Origin: Oscillospiraceae bacterium
Lineage (GTDB): Bacteria > Bacillota > Clostridia > Oscillospirales > Acutalibacteraceae
Length of the DNA stretch: 57,965 nucleotides
Direction: 5' to 3'
Assembly: GCA_902789095.1 (NCBI GenBank)
Contig: CADAMY010000001.1
Location: 1 to 57,965 of the forward strand
Positions within the stretch are counted from its first letter, which is position 1. Every line of letters begins with the position of its first letter. A program made the position numbers and the translations under genes. The notes below the pieces were generated by a model. That model saw only the letters and a program-made list of their open reading frames with translations, had not been told where the DNA came from and ran no database searches. Below are positions 57,556 to 57,965 of the stretch, piece by piece.

Positions 57556-57666
57556 TTAATAAGTGTTAAAAAAACAGAGTAAACTTTAAAATTATAATCC
57601 AATTCATTATATCATAAATTAGTTGTTATGTCAATTACATAACCAAAAAGAGTTTATGATAAAAAG

Positions 57667-57718
57667 AGCTTACCGCAGGTTTTGTCTTACAAGACAGGAT
57701 CTGCGGTAAGCTTTTTTC
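57667..57718 (+). terminator. Rho-independent terminator of the micro-ORF transcript (also usable on the minus strand)
   Basis: 12-bp stem AGCTTACCGCAG/CTGCGGTAAGCT with an inner TGTCTT/AAGACA stem, followed by T6. Confidence 0.7.
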
Positions 57719-57790
57719 AGATATGATATTGTAAAAATATGACTAACCCTTTACGCGCTGTTTAGTCCGGTATATCCGCGGAATAACCAT

Positions 57791-57835
57791 AAAAAAGCAA
57801 TGCCCCCGAAGTGTTTTAAAACGCTTCGGGGGCAT
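57791..57835 (-). terminator. Terminator for a gene entering from the right window edge
   Basis: 12-bp stem ATGCCCCCGAAG/CTTCGGGGGCAT with T-runs on both strands. Confidence 0.55.
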
Positions 57836-57965
57836 CATTTTTAACGTGTATTTTTTTAAGGGTAGTTTTTTTCAACTGACTAAATCACTTCAATACAGTG
57901 TTTACCATCTGGGTTTATAATTCTTGAAAGTAGGAATATTGTTATCTCCGTTTCTTTCATCACCG

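Noticed and set aside
57381-57602. 73-aa minus-strand ORF from the track, covering the micro-ORF region
   Set aside because: It has a low-complexity hydrophobic/basic composition and no SD. It lies antisense to the SD, micro-ORF and LytTR-box promoter, which explain the sequence better.
57902-57965. Possible 3' end of a minus-strand CDS entering from the right edge (...GDERNGDNNIPTFKNYKPRW-stop), or alternatively a 26-codon ORF starting at 57960
   Set aside because: Only ~60 nt are visible and two frames are open, so neither the frame nor the product can be decided. The terminator at 57791-57835 does suggest that a minus-strand gene ends here.

Overview
Low-GC Firmicutes chromosome segment, class Clostridia. 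Sporulation genes sigG, spoIIM-like and cwlD-like are present, and the gene content suggests a gut Oscillospiraceae/Ruminococcaceae-type organism. Most of the window is housekeeping: tRNA-Gly and tRNA-Ala, glyA, radA, ruvX, a class A PBP, a U32 peptidase, mltG, tmk, rmuC, eno and sigG. Accessory loci sit between these genes. The loci I would follow up are: (1) a LytTR two-component system at 55207-57221. It is flanked by two promoters that share an ATACCGTTCACT-type direct-repeat box with 21-bp phasing. One drives a GyrI-like protein. The other drives a divergent ~260-nt transcript that encodes only a 12-residue Trp-rich peptide, MQDWFDFWGWFL. No agrB/agrD or peptide exporter is present. (2) A tightly coupled five-gene dlt-like operon at 5819-11473: adenylating ligase, DltC-like carrier protein, Orn/DAP-type PLP decarboxylase, MBOAT, DltD-like protein. 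The embedded decarboxylase is not part of canonical dlt. (3) A self-contained ANL ligase / free-standing condensation domain / carrier protein operon at 38511-41697, next to a gene remnant and a ceramidase-like gene. (4) An MMPL transporter fused in frame to a lipoprotein that keeps its own SD, ATG and lipobox. Smaller items are a 5'-truncated dehydratase-like pair lacking an activase, a 65-66 bp tandem repeat, duplicated hairpins, a split TSUP transporter and an insertion in glyA. No CRISPR array, rRNA, transposase or obvious prophage was seen. All product calls come from motif recognition by eye, not from database searches.
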